A stretch of 64,000 nt of DNA from Felis catus (GCF_018350175.1 NC_058377.1:61628001-61692000), one strand, 5' to 3'; shown: positions 1 through 12,224, counted from the first letter of the stretch. Notes: generated by a model from the letters alone, not told the origin. Numbers and translations are program-made.

Positions 1-1946
1 GATACCCTATGTCTTTTGGTTGGCGCATTGAATCCATTTACATTCAGTGTTATTATAGAAAGATACGGGTTTAGAGTCATTGTGATGTCTGTATGTTTTA
101 TGCTTGTAGTGATGTCTCTGGGACTTTGTCTCACAGGGTCCCCCTTAGGGTCTCTTGTAGGGCTGGTTTAGTGGTGACAAATTCCTTCAGTTTTTGTTTG
201 TTTGGGAAGACCTTTATCTCTCCTTCTATTCTAAATGACAGACTTGCTGGATAAAGGATTCTCAGCTGCATATTTTTTCTGTCTAGCACCCTGAAAATCT
301 CGTGCCAATTCTTTCTGGCCTGCCAAGTTTCAAAAGAGAGATCAGTCACGAGTCTTATAGGTCTCCCTTTATATGTGAGGGCACGTTTACCCCTTGCTGC
401 TTTCAGAATTTTCTCTTTATCCTTGTATTTTGCCAGTTTCACTATGATATGTCGTGCAGAAGATCGATTCAAGTTATGTCTGAAGGGAGTTCTCTATGCC
501 TCTTGGATTTCAATGCCTTTTTCCTTCCCCAGTTCAGGAAAGTTCTCAGCTATTATTTCTTCAAGTACCCTTCAGCACCATTCCCTCTCTCTTCCTCCTC
601 TGGGATACTAATTATGCGTATATTATTTCTTTTTAGTGTATCACTTAGTTCTCTAATTTTCCCCTCATACTCCTGGATTTTTTTATCTCTCTTTTTCTCA
701 GCTTCCTCTTTTTCCATAACTTTATCTTCTAGTTCACCTATTCTCTCCTCTGCCTCTTCAATCCGAGCCGTGGTGGTTTCCATTTTGTTATGCATTTCGT
801 TTAAAGCATTTTTCAGCTCCTCGTGACTGTTCCTTAGTCTCTTGATCTCTGTAGCAAGAGATTCTCTGCTGTCCTGTATACTGTTTTCAAGCCCAGCGAT
901 TAATTTTATGACTATTATTCTAAATTCACTTTCTGTTATATTATTTAAATCCTTTTTGATCAGCTCATTAGCTGTTGTTATTTCCTGGAGATTCTTCTGA
1001 GGGGAATTCTTCCGCTGGTCATTTTGGATAGCCCCTGGTGTGGTGAGGACCCTAGGGCACTTCCCCTGTGCTGTGGTGTATAACTGGAGTTGGTGGGCGG
1101 GCCGGGGTCCGACCTGATGTCTGCCCCCAGCCCACCGCTGGGGCCACAGTCAGACTGGTGTGTGCCTTCTCTTCCCCTCTCCTAGGGGCGGATTCACTGT
1201 GGGGTGGCGTGGCCCATCTGGGCTACTTGCACACTGCCAGGCTTGTGATGCTGGGGATCTGGCGTATTAGCTGGGATGGGTAGGCAAGTTGCACAGGGGC
1301 AGGAGGGGCAGGCTTACCTCGCTTCTCCATTGGTGATCCACTTCAGGAGGGACCCTATGGCAGTAGGAGGGAGTCAGATCCGCTGCAGGAGGTTTGGCTC
1401 CCCAGAAGCACAGAGTTGGGTGTTTGTGCGGAGGGAACAAGTTCCCTGGCAGGAACTGGTTCTCTTTGGGATTTTGGCTGGGGGATGGGCGGGGGAGATG
1501 GCCTTGGCGAGTGCCTTTGTTCCCCACCAACTGAGCTCTGTAGTCCGGGGGCTCAGCAGCTCTCCCTCCCTTTGTCCTCCAGCCTTCCCGCTTTCTGAGC
1601 AGAGCTGTTAACTTATGACCTCCCAGACGCTAAGTCGCGCTTGCTGTTGGAACACAGTCCACCCGGCCCCTCCGCTTTTGCAAGCCAGACTCGGGGGTTC
1701 TGCTTGGCCGGCGAGCCGCCCCTCCGCCCCGGCTCCCTCCCTTCAGTCGTGGAGCGCGCACCGCCTCGCCGCCCTTCCTACCCTCTTCCGTGGGCCTCTC
1801 GTCTGCGTTTGGCTCCCGCGACTCCGTTCTGCTAATCCTCTGGCGGTTTTCTGGGTTATTTAGGCAGGTGTAGGTGGAATCTAAGTGATCAGCAGGACGC
1901 GCGGTGAGCCCAGCGTCCTCCTAAGCCGCCATCTTGCCGCTATCTC
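1..1946 (-). mobile_element. LINE-1 5' part (5'UTR, frameshifted ORF1, start of ORF2); runs off the window edge
   Basis: 5' end has the YY1-type motif CAAGATGGCG (1927-1936) and a CpG-rich UTR. ORF1 ATG is at 1022 with frameshifts (pieces 553-795 and 131-472 are L1 ORF1p-like). ORF2 ATG at 80 reads MTLNPYLSIITLNVNGFNAPTKRHRV (endonuclease N-terminus). Confidence 0.95.
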
Positions 1947-2258
1947 AGCAGAATTTCAACTGTTTCTACAAACACTCAATGACTCACTATTTTCGCTTCC
2001 CAGATCTACCCAAGACAATTCCATCTGGGTTTAACCCTAAAATATGTTTTTCTTAGTGTTATCTTGTGTATGCTTAAGAATAAGTTAAAATGCAAGATAA
2101 TAGGATATCTAGGAGAATTGAGAATATCATTCATTTATTTTTCTCAACAATTTTAAGTGCTTTAGGGAAATACATTGGAAACTTTGGCATTTATTATCCT
2201 TCTACGTTTATTGAGAGTTACTTATGGATTCTCTTTATTCCCGTTGCTCATTCAGTTT

Positions 2259-2320
2259 GTGTGTGTGCGTGTGTGTGCGTGTGTGTGTGTATGTGTGTAT
2301 GTGAGTGAGAAAGAGAGAGA
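2259..2320. repeat. (TG)n/(GA)n microsatellite
   Basis: Read directly. Confidence 0.9.
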
Positions 2321-2376
2321 GAAAAGTTGGGGGGTGGTTATTCAGAAATAGCCAGCATTTCACATTATTCTTCATT

Positions 2377-3316
2377 TTAACAATGTGTGCTGATGGGGGA
2401 CAAAAGCAAAATTATTCGGTCTTGAATCTGTTTGGTCTTCACCCCATAAATGATGGGGTTTACCATAGGGGGCACTACCACATAGAGGTTGGCTACCAGG
2501 ATGTAGATGTGCTGAGGGATGGTTTTACCCCCAAAACGATGGGCAAAAAAGGAAAATAATGCTGGGGCATAAAACATAAGTATGACACAGATGTGGGAAC
2601 CACATGTGTTGAGGGCCTTGAATCTAGCAGACCAGGAAGGTATCTGAAACACTGTGCAAAGGATCATCGCATAGGACATAATGATGAACACAATGTCTAG
2701 TCCTGTAGACAGTAGGACCACAGTCAGGCCATAAATGATGTTGACACTGATATTGTCACATGCCAATCTGGCAATGCCCATGTGCTCACAGTAGGAATGG
2801 GGAATGATGTTTCTCCCACAATACGTAAGTCGGTGTACCGGGAAGATGAATGGAAAACAGATGATAAAGCTCCTGACCACAGCTGTGATGCCAAATTTCC
2901 CAGTGGCTGAGGAGGTTAAGATTGTGGTATATCTCAGTGGGTGACAGATGGCCACATAGCAGTCAAATGCCATGGCCAGGAGAATAGCAGATTCTACCAC
3001 AAAGAGGAAATGGATGAAGAACATCTGAGATACACAACTACCAAAGGATATATCCATGGAATGGAACCAGAAGATGGCCAGCATCTTGGGGGCTGTGGCT
3101 GTGGAGAGCAGGACAACTGATAAGGCCAGCATGGAAAGGAAGACATACATAGGCTCATGGAGATGGCGCTCAGTTACAATCAGGAAGATCAAGAAGATGT
3201 TGCCTATGACAGCCAAAATGTACATAGAACAGATAGGGATGGAGATCCAGGTATGAGAATCTTCCAGTCCTAGGATTCCAGTCAGGACATACCACATTGT
3301 AAGAGAAAGGGGCCAT
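2377..3316 (-). pseudogene. OR52Z1: Class I olfactory receptor, family 52 (OR52Z1-like); ORF 3297-2377 is open but the gene is probably disabled
   Basis: OR motifs LHEPMY, MAFDCYVAICHPLRY, HSYCEHM, KALNTCGSH, PPMVNPIIYGVKTKQI. The likely native ATG at 3316 (MAPFSYN) is out of frame with the body. No N-terminal N-glycosylation sequon; DRY->DCY. Symbol assigned from position next to OR51V1. Confidence 0.7.
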
Positions 3317-4659
3317 CTGGGGCAGTATATTCCAGACCTAGCATCTGGATTAAAGACCACAGGGCTGACTGAGGATTGAGGAGCAGCACCACTTTTGGTT
3401 GAATGACGTCTGATTACATTGTTTTGCAATATATTCTTCTCTGTGAAAAGATAGTGAGACGTTAATGCGCCTAAAATTGCACTCTGACTCCTTCCATGGA
3501 AGAATTAAGTCATATCTTGGGAAAAAATGCTTCACATTAATAAGTGCTTCATATGTGCCATAGCACTTTATAAATATCACCTTATTAAATCTTCACAATA
3601 GCCTGTTGAAAAGACCTTTACAATGATCCTCAACATGGATACTGTTGTTATTCCAACAGATGCAAAAATATTCCACAGACTTTCAGCTTCTTGTCCCAGG
3701 TCCCATTGGATTCAGGGTCAGACAGCATAGATTTGAAACCTCTGATCGCAGCCACCACCCGCTACTCCCTATAAAAATAAAACTAGACACAAAAACATGT
3801 CATCAAAATGTTCACTGATCGTATCCCTGAAGTATTATACTTCTTAAGGAAGAGGGAGGGAATTCATTTTTAACTAAATACATTTTGGGCAATACAGTAC
3901 ATATGCTCTTCTCAACCTTGATGGGCCGCTGGAATGATGCTAAGGGCCATGATAGGCACTAAACATCTACAGGTGACTTCATTGATTCTTGTCAGCTAAT
4001 CAACATATTTCTTAAAATTATACGATGAATATTAAAAATCTAAAGAATATGCAGCCTCAAACTGAGTTGGACTCTTAAATGGATGGATATGCCTGACAAG
4101 TTGTGAAGGAAAAATTCACTGTCCCCTTTGGGTCCCTGCTTGAAAATTAGACAATATATTACTTCAAAATACCCCCAAGCAGGAAGTAACAGGGTTTCAC
4201 ATTAGGAAGTGGGGTCCCCAGGCCTTCAATAAAAGGGAGGGAGGGTAATCTACTGGTTACTACTTTTCTGTAGTTGCAACAGAATGCATAAAAGCAAGGC
4301 ATGTGTTGGGTGAAATGCCAGAGAGGAGATAGCCCATTTGAGTGGGGTGTGTGTGTGAGGGGGCGTATTCCTATGAATACATAGCTATAAGTGAGGGTAT
4401 AAACATGGATACAAAGCAGGTGGATGACAAGTGGCTTCCATCCTCCCCCTGTCCCCATTCTCAAATCAAAGGGGGCTGAATGTATTTGCTTAAGAGGAAC
4501 ATGGGCTTAAGAGATGTCTGCCTTTTTACCTCTTGATTGCATTGGAGTCAGTATCATTGTGCAGCATAGTTTTACCACCTTTACTTTCAGTTTTTATTAG
4601 GTGTTCAATATTCCAGTACTTCATATCATATGATTGAAATATTTGGAATCCATTTCTTT

Positions 4660-4760
4660 CTTTTTCTTTTTTTTTTAACTGAAGTATAGTTGATATGCAA
4701 TGTAGCATTAGTTTCAAGTGTACCACACTGTGATTCCACAAGTCTATATGTTATAGTATG
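4660..4760 (-). mobile_element. L1 3'-end fragment
   Basis: Poly-T followed by typical antisense L1 3'UTR (GAAGTATAGTTGAT...TTAGTTTCAAGTGTAC). Confidence 0.6.
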
Positions 4761-4769
4761 GAGAGAAGG

Positions 4770-5020
4770 TGACTATGGAGATGAACCCAAAGGCACCAGG
4801 CATGGGACTGAAGTCCGTGGACTTTTCAACTCAGTTGAGGCTGAATTCTTAGTTGAATGCTGCCTATTGAGGTGCCACAGCCCACTCCTTATGGAAACAG
4901 AACCATACGGTCAAGCCTTACCTGGATTGTTGACCCACAGAATTGTAAGAAACAATAAGTCATTGTTGTTTGGAGACACTAAGTTTGGGGATGGTTTGTT
5001 ACACAAGAGATGACAATTAT
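4770..5020 (+). mobile_element. MaLR (MLT1-like) LTR fragment
   Basis: Ends in CTAAGTTTGGGGATGGTTTGTTACACA, resembling MLT1 3' ends. Confidence 0.5.
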
Positions 5021-5090
5021 AACACAGCAAATATTTTGAAATGATTTCATAATTTTTTTTTGGTCCTGACTTCAATTTGTTAAATTTAAC

Positions 5091-5298
5091 TTTTTTTTAA
5101 GTTTATTTATTTTTGAGAGAAAGCAAGCATGAATGGGAGAGGGCCAGAGAAAGAGGGAGAGAGGGAGAGAATCCCAAGCAAACTCTGTGCTATCAGCAGG
5201 GAGCCTGATGTGGGGCTTGAACCCACTAACCACAAGATCATGACCTGAGATGAAATCAAGAGTTGGCAGCTTAACAAACTGAGCCACCCAGTCACCCC
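5091..5298 (-). mobile_element. Carnivore tRNA-derived SINE (CAN-SINE)
   Basis: Antisense tRNA-like head, (CT)n body, A-rich tail. Confidence 0.9.
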
Positions 5299-6418
5299 AA
5301 CTTTAAACGATTCTTATATCATATGATCTATTTCTTGTCTATTTCTCTCCTGTCTTTATTTTCTTATTTTATTCCCATATCTACCAATTATTCATTGAGA
5401 GAATGACTTCAGATCGAAGTCATTGTAGTTTCTCTAGGACACACCGGTGTGTGAGTGTGTCTCTGTGTATTGTGTGGGTGTTCATGCAGGGGAGACAGAG
5501 CATTTATCACCAGAAACATTTTTACTTTTATGTTTATTTTTATTTTTATTTTCTATTTTCGACAGAAGCTCTTCACTGAAAATGTTTCCTGTTTTCCAGG
5601 AATATTGATAACAGTTGTATAAGGAAGAGTGAGGGGGTTCTTTCAGAGTAAGGTGGTTACTAGTTTTTTGTCAGTTTTAACTGACTACCATTTCTGTCAT
5701 GGTTTTTCCTCCCACAAAATCAACAATTGCTCAAGAGTGCTTTCAAGCCTATGTCCATGCACTTTCAACTACTCCTATTAATTCCCCATTTGAGGAATGT
5801 TTGACTCAAAAGGCCTCAGATCTGTTCTCACTACTTTCCTTTACTGGGTGGACTCTCTTTTTTGGCATTTGTGTCAGGGTTTGTGGTATTTCCAGTGTTT
5901 TCCCTAACAGTAGGCTACTGTCCCCCAACCCTCTCTCCCTAGACAGTCTTTTGGGTGTGGCTTGGGGGCTGGCTCAGAAAGTAGGAGATTGTTTTTCTCC
6001 CTATACATGAAAATATGGGTTGGCTCTTCTGCTCCTTATCGATTGAGGGAGGGCAAGGAACGTGTAAACATACTGAGATACAAGTGTCTACTGTTATCGT
6101 CAGGATCCCAGTAGCTTTCCTCAACATTTCACAGGGATTTTATGCTATCTTCTAGATCCTGTGTTACGGTGGAAATCGGCAAGGGCATTCTGTTTTCCAA
6201 TCCTACAGGTATCAGCTGTTTGTTTACTAACGTATTCGTTTCCCTTTTGAAGCTACTAGTGTGTCCTTTTTACTACTCCCATTTTATATAAAAACTTAAT
6301 GATTGCATGTCTGATTTGTAAACAATGGAGCCAATATTGATGCATTACTATTAACCAAAGCCCACAGTTTACATCAAGATTCACTTTCTCTGTTACAGTT
6401 CTATGGTTCTGATAAGTA

Positions 6419-6877
6419 CAGGTCTATCCAAGAGTAGAACTTTCCTATGGAACAATTCCTGAGCTGAAATGGCATAAAACAAAGAAGCAATTACCATTAA
6501 TTCATATGCAAAATTGTTTTAGCATGTCCAGTCCCCCAAAATAATCTCTGTTAAGGTTTTCTGGCACCTTCAGACATGTCTTGCTAACAGATGCACAAAA
6601 TTAATATGGATAAAGCACAGATGCTCAGAGAAATGGTTCAGAACTCTGGGGGGTTGATGCTGTGATGTTGAGTGTGGGTCCCCAGGAAGGCTGGCCTCCT
6701 CTCGCTCCCTCTGTAATGGCTCAATGCAAAACACACACTGGACGCTTGTTTTGCTTTTTTTGTAAAAGTGAAAATACTCTTCAGAGTTCTTTCAAGTGGT
6801 GACAACAGGTACTGAGGTAGGTCTTTCCAAAGAGCTAAGGGGCATAACGTGAACTTTCAAAAAGTGGGGGATACCTG
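6419..6877. mobile_element. Tigger/Tc1-mariner-like DNA transposon relic inserted in an old L1M fragment (about 6280-7140)
   Basis: TA-CAGGT...ACCTG-TA termini; the flanks rejoin into a continuous L1-like sequence. Confidence 0.55.
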
Positions 6878-7148
6878 TACATAATGTCGTATACCCTCCA
6901 TCACAGTATCATACAGATCACTTTCACTACTCTACAATTCCCTGTGCTCCACCCATTCAACCCTCCCTCTCTCTTCCTACACTCCTGGCTACACTAATCT
7001 TTATGCTATTTCTAATTTGTATAGTTTTGCCTTTTCCAGAATGTCATATAGTTGGAATCATATACAGATGTAACCTTCTCTGGATGGCTTCTTTCACTCA
7101 AAACTGCATTAAGGCTCTTCCATGTCTTTTCATAGCTTGATAGGTCTC

Positions 7149-7376
7149 TTTTTTTAAAATTTTTTTTAATGTTTGTTTGCTTTTGAGACAGAGAGAGACA
7201 GAGTGTGAGCAGAAGAGGGGCAGAGAGAAAGAGGGAGACAGAATCCGAAGCAGGCTCCAGGCTCCACGCTGTCAGCACAGAGCCCGATGCGGGGCTCAAG
7301 CTCACAAGCTGTGAGATCATGACCTGAGTCAAAGTCAGACTCCTAGCCAACCGAGCCACCCAGGCCCCCCCCCCCC
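7149..7376 (-). mobile_element. CAN-SINE
   Basis: Typical head, (CT)n and tail, antisense. Confidence 0.92.
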
Positions 7377-7652
7377 AGATGGTATTTTTAATACCTGTGG
7401 TAGGTCTGTCAGTTCTCAATGTGAGGACCCTAGCTGATGGCTCTAAAATTGCCATCCTCCCTAGGAAGGGGGTTAGTTTTTTATGTTAGTGCTCCAAGAT
7501 AGAGAGGCCTATGTAAAGCATACAATCCAAAGCACAAACTTTCGTAACTTGTTCCTTTCTGTGTAAAACCCAGTAATCAGGAAGTGTATTTTCATCAGCT
7601 TCCTTCCTTCCTTTTCCTTCCTTTGACCCCCTTCCACTGGGTTATGGATTTT

Positions 7653-7875
7653 TTTTTCTTTTTTTTTTTTTTCGTTTATTTATTTTTGGGACAGAGAGAG
7701 ACAGAGCATGAATGGGGGAGGGGCAGAGAGAGAGGGAGACACAGAATCGGAAACAGGCTCCAGGCTCTGAGCCATCATCAGCCCAGAGCCCGACGCGGGG
7801 CTCGAACTCACGGACCGCGAGATCGTGACCTGGCTGAAGTCGGATGCTTAACCGGCTGCGCCACCCAGGCGCCCC
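7653..7875 (-). mobile_element. Young felid-type SINE
   Basis: CpGs intact; perfect 16-bp TSD CTGGGTTATGGATTTT at 7637-7652 and 7876-7891. Confidence 0.96.
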
Positions 7876-8134
7876 CTGGGTTATGGATTTTAAGACAATC
7901 TGAAGTTCTTCACAAGTCTCATCATTATAGTCCAATTACCCAGTTCTAGAACCAGCTGTGATTTCTGAGTATGTACCAGATATTTTCAAGCCCATTGTCC
8001 ACAGCCATTGGTTCCAACTATTTTGGCTCATATTCCTACAAGTTGCCATAATCTTAGGTACAGATACTCAGAGCCTTGATGAATAGAGTCTTCAAATGGA
8101 CCTTCCCACTCCTCATATTAAACATGACTCTCCA

Positions 8135-8369
8135 GGGGCGCCTGGGTGGCGCAGTCGGTTAAGCGTCCGACTTCAGCCAGGTCACGATCTCGCGGTCCGT
8201 GAGTTCGAGCCCCGTGTCAGGCTCTGGGCTGATGGCTCAGAGCCTGGAACCTGTTTCTGATTCTGTGTCTCCCTCTCTCTCTGCCCCTCCCCCGTTCATG
8301 CTCTGTCTCTCTCTATCCCAAAAAAAAATAAACGTTAAAAAAAAAAAACAAAAAAAAAAACAAAAAACA
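8135..8369 (+). mobile_element. Young felid-type SINE
   Basis: GGGGCGCCTGGGTGGCGCAGTCGGTTAAG head, long A tail, perfect 15-bp TSD AAACATGACTCTCCA at 8120-8134 and 8370-8384. Confidence 0.96.
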
Positions 8370-8851
8370 AAACATGACTCTCCAACCAACGACTCAGGTG
8401 TGTTAGGTATATGTCTCTGTTCTGTTAACTCCACATAAGTTCACATCAGTCCTCCCAGCATGCCTGGCAGGGCAGAACATATCCTGCAGTTGCAGAGGCC
8501 CCTGGAGTCAGTGCTGAGCAAAGGTGATTATGTAGCATCAAGACATTGAAGGGAAGCTTGTCTAGCCGCTGAGCGATGTGTGCTCAAAGATGATCCGTGA
8601 GACATAACATGACCTCTGCCGACTCAGTAGCTAACTCTCATTTCATTCTAAAACTGGGTCATACGGATCTTGTGCAATTGGCACATGCCAAGGTGCTTTG
8701 CTCTGTCCAGGAACTATTTATTTTCCCACTTTTAAGCGGTTGGAAACTAAAGTGTGTCTTTTTGCTTTCTACACTGACTACTTAATTGAATGGAACAATA
8801 ACAAGGAGAGAAATATATAAACACAAGTCTGAAATAAAAATTTTAAGTACA

Positions 8852-9069
8852 GGGGCACCTGGGTGGCTCAGTTCGTTAAGCATCTGACTTCGGCTCAGGT
8901 CATGATTTTGGAGTTCGTGGGTTCAAGCCCCGTCTCCGGCTCTGTGCTGACAGCTCAGAGCCTGGAGCCTGCTTCGGAGTCTGTGTCTCCCTCTCTCTCT
9001 GCCCCTCCCCTGCTCATGCTCTGTCTCTCTCTGTCTCAAAAATAAATAGAAATAACATTAAAAAATTAA
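8852..9069 (+). mobile_element. CAN-SINE
   Basis: Head, (CT)n and tail; TSD ending TTTAAGTACA. Confidence 0.92.
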
Positions 9070-9360
9070 AAATAAAATTTAAGTACATAGACTTAGGTTT
9101 ATATCTAAAAATATTAAGAAATACTTGCTTCCTTGGTGTAAGATTACTCTGATGCATTAATCTGCTGAGTATTAGCTAACACTTTCCTCCTTAGGTACCT
9201 AAGAGATTTTAATAATATTAAACCAATTATTTTCTCTTTATCTCTGCACAGATACCTTTTTCCTTTCTTTCTTCCCTTCTTTTGAAAATTGAACTATATT
9301 ACTTAGAAGGGAACCTATTTATGTTTTATATATATATATTTTTTAAATAAGAATCAATCA

Positions 9361-9580
9361 GGGGCACCTGGGTGGCTCAGTTGGTTAAGCGTCCAACTTC
9401 GGCTCAGGTCATGATCTCACAGTCTGTGAGTTCGAGCCCCTTGTCGGGCTCTGTGCTGCCAGCTCAGAGCCCGGAGCCTGTTTCAGATTCTGTGTCTCCC
9501 TCTTTCTCCCTCCTCCCCCACTCATGCTCTGTCTCTCTCTTCTCAAAAATAAATATATGTTAAAAAATTTTAAAAAAATA
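9361..9580 (+). mobile_element. CAN-SINE
   Basis: Head, (CT)n and tail; TSD AGAATCAATCA. Confidence 0.92.
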
Positions 9581-9736
9581 AATCAGAATCAATCATAAGC
9601 CTAAAGTTTCATCTGCTCAGATTATTCCCCTATTTAGATTTAAAAGTGAAGGATTTGGAGCCAAATCCACTCCCACATATGGAGTCTACATATAAAATAT
9701 AACAAGTGAGGATTCCAATTTAAGGTAGATGTGATG

Positions 9737-9845
9737 GATGCCTGACTGGCTCAGTTGGTGGAACATTCAACTCTTGATTTGGGGTTGTAAGTTCAAGCCC
9801 ATGTTAAGTATAGAAATTACTTTAAATCTTTAAAAAATAAATAAA
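9737..9845 (+). mobile_element. Short tRNA-head SINE
   Basis: TGGCTCAGTTGG...GTTCAAGCCC; flanking GTAGATGTG repeats. Confidence 0.7.
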
Positions 9846-10600
9846 GTAGATGTGGGGAAAATTGAATCCATAGTCATATTCCATTTTATGTGCTCTTTAT
9901 ACTTGCAGTGTCCAATAAACATTTAAACATTTAAATATAAATTAACTACAATTAACCAGATCAAAAATGTACTTGCCCAGTTATATTATTTACATTTCAA
10001 GGGCTCAATAGCCAAATGGAGCTATTGTTATATGTTCGTCTATATTATTCTATATTAGAAAACGTCTCTATCCTTTTAGAAAAATTCTACTGCACAATTC
10101 TGGTCCATCTAGTTATCACAACATCCTTGTGAGTTGGGCACTTTCCCCATTTTGAAGATTAATTGAGTCTCAGAATTAAAGAAGCTTCAAGGTATCCACC
10201 TTTGAAACCAGAAGACCTAGGATTTGAATCCAGCTCTGTTTCAATGCAAAGAAAATACTTGAATATCCATTTGGGGCACAATAACTAGTTTTATCCTTTC
10301 TTGAATATGATCATACTTATGGCATGAACATACTGTCTTGTTTTACACAAATTGACAGTTGGTAGAAAATTTATGGAATGTTTCAGATGGAGTCTCCCAC
10401 CTCTAGCCCTAAGAACAGTTGACTTCCAAAACATAGCCTAAAATGGGACTTGTTTCTGCATTTATGTTTAAAATGTATTTTAAAATCAAGAATCATAGAC
10501 CCTTGGCTAAATCTCTAATTCTAATAAAATTCATTTTTTGGTATTGAATTTTGTGTGTTAGTTATTGTTGCTGTTTTGTTTTTTTAAAGACCTGAGCACC

Positions 10601-11521
10601 TCAATATATTTTCAGAGAAAAGAGTCTGAGCATTCTGCTACGAATCTGCTGGGTCTTGACACTGTAGATGATGGGGTTCATCAAAGGTGGAAAAAGGATG
10701 TAGATGTTGCCCATAAGTACATGGACCACAGGGGAGAGATGCTTGCCAAAACGGTGCATCATTGTGAGGCTAATGATAGGGATGTAGAACACGAGAACAG
10801 CACAAATGTGGGAGACACAAGTCTGAAATGATTTATGCCGCTCCTCCTGAGAGGCAATTACTAGCACTGACCTAAGAATCAGGAAATAGGAGTAAAGGAT
10901 CAAAATAGCATCCAACAATAGTGTGAAAATGACCAGCATCAGGGCATAGTAGCTATTGAATCTTATATCTGAGCAAGCGAAGCGGAGAAGATCCTGGTGT
11001 AGGCAGAATGAGTGAGAGAGGATGTGGGAATGGCAGTAATGGAAAAATTTCAGATTGATGATGGGGGGTGTAATAAAGAAGAAACTCCTACCTACTATGG
11101 CGAGCCCAATTTTGAAAATCCTGGAATTAGTCAGAATGGAGGAATAACGCAGTGGATTACAAATAGCAACATACCTATCAAAGGCCATCGTAAGGAGAAC
11201 AGAGGACTCCATGAAGGAAAGACCATGGATAAAATAGGACTGGGCAATGCAGGAATTCAGGCTGATTTCTCGAATGAACCCCCACAGGATCCCCAGCACT
11301 GTGTGGAATGTGGACAGCCCCATGCACAGGTCAGTGAGGGCCAGCATGGCCAGGAAGTAGAACATGGGTTGGTGCAGGCTGGGCTCTGTCCGGATCACAT
11401 GTAGCACCATGCAATTGCCCGAAAGCACCATGGCATAGATGGTCAAAAAGGGAATGGAGATCCAGGGATACTGCTGCTCCAGGCCAGAAAATCCAGTGAG
11501 AAGAAAGGAGGAAGAATTCAT
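10601..11521 (-). CDS. OR51V1: Olfactory receptor 51V1, intact single-exon ORF, 306 aa from the first ATG
   Basis: LHQPMFYFL, MAFDRYVAICNPLRY, HSFCLHQD, PPLMNPIIYSVKT. Protein closely resembles OR51V1 as I recall it, in the expected position 3' of HBB. The ORF-track start at 11536 is a TTG. Confidence 0.92.
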   Translation of the reverse strand: MNSSSFLLTGFSGLEQQYPWISIPFLTIYAMVLSGNCMVLHVIRTEPSLHQPMFYFLAMLALTDLCMGLSTFHTVLGILWGFIREISLNSCIAQSYFIHGLSFMESSVLLTMAFDRYVAICNPLRYSSILTNSRIFKIGLAIVGRSFFFITPPIINLKFFHYCHSHILSHSFCLHQDLLRFACSDIRFNSYYALMLVIFTLLLDAILILYSYFLILRSVLVIASQEERHKSFQTCVSHICAVLVFYIPIISLTMMHRFGKHLSPVVHVLMGNIYILFPPLMNPIIYSVKTQQIRSRMLRLFSLKIY

Positions 11522-11984
11522 GATAGGGCTTACCAAACCGGTAATTCTGGAACTGAGATACTTCTTCCGAGCAGAAAGGAAGTATTTTTCAAAAGAAATC
11601 CTCCAATTTCAGATGAGTAAGGTGAAATTTCTAAGTAAATGAAAATATACTTAAAGTTAATTAAGTTTACAAAGTATTAGATGAGTAACTCTCTTCTTTA
11701 GCCATGTATTATCTGCTATCTGGAAGAGAATAGTGTTCTCCTGATGTCATTTAAGAGCCATTATTCATCCACTGGCAAGATGCATAGATGTCCTTAGAAG
11801 CCACAAGCGAAAGCGAATAGACTAGAGGAAGCTAATTTTCAGAAAAGATATGTTACCTGGTATATTTTCCCAGAGGTTCTGGTAAAACGTGTACCTGTAA
11901 AATTGAGAGCTGAGGTTTTTAAAGTAATTATTAGTTTCTTCCCTCTAATTCATTAAGCATTGAAAATAAAGAGTAAGGATTGGC

Positions 11985-12224
11985 AGGGCAACTGGGTCGT
12001 TCAGTCAGTTGAGTGTCCAACTTCAGCTCAGGTCATGATCTTGCCGTTGGCGAGTTCGAGCCCTGTGTTGGCGAGTTCGAGCCCTGTGTTGGGCTCTGTG
12101 CTGACAGCTCAGAGCCTGGAGCCTGCTTCAGATTCTGTGTCTCCCTCTCTCTCTGCCCCTCCCCCACTCATACTCTGTCTCTCTTTGTCTCAAAAATAAA
12201 TATAAACGTTAAAAAATTTTTTTT
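11985..12224 (+). mobile_element. CAN-SINE with an internal 21-bp tandem duplication
   Basis: GTTGGCGAGTTCGAGCCCTGT twice at 12046-12087; flanking AAAGAGTAAG repeats. Confidence 0.92.

Noticed and set aside
302-1863. Many + strand ORFs (e.g. 302-826, 1276-1611)
   Set aside because: Antisense frames of L1 ORF1 and 5'UTR with no independent coding evidence; the same applies to + strand ORFs at 17-27 kb.
4100-6130. Possible additional ERV LTR fragments (also 56.3-57.0 kb)
   Set aside because: Composition is suggestive, but termini and family cannot be fixed without a repeat-library search.
8135-8215. tRNA-like sequence
   Set aside because: SINE head, not a tRNA gene. No rRNA, tRNA or CRISPR features are supported in this window.
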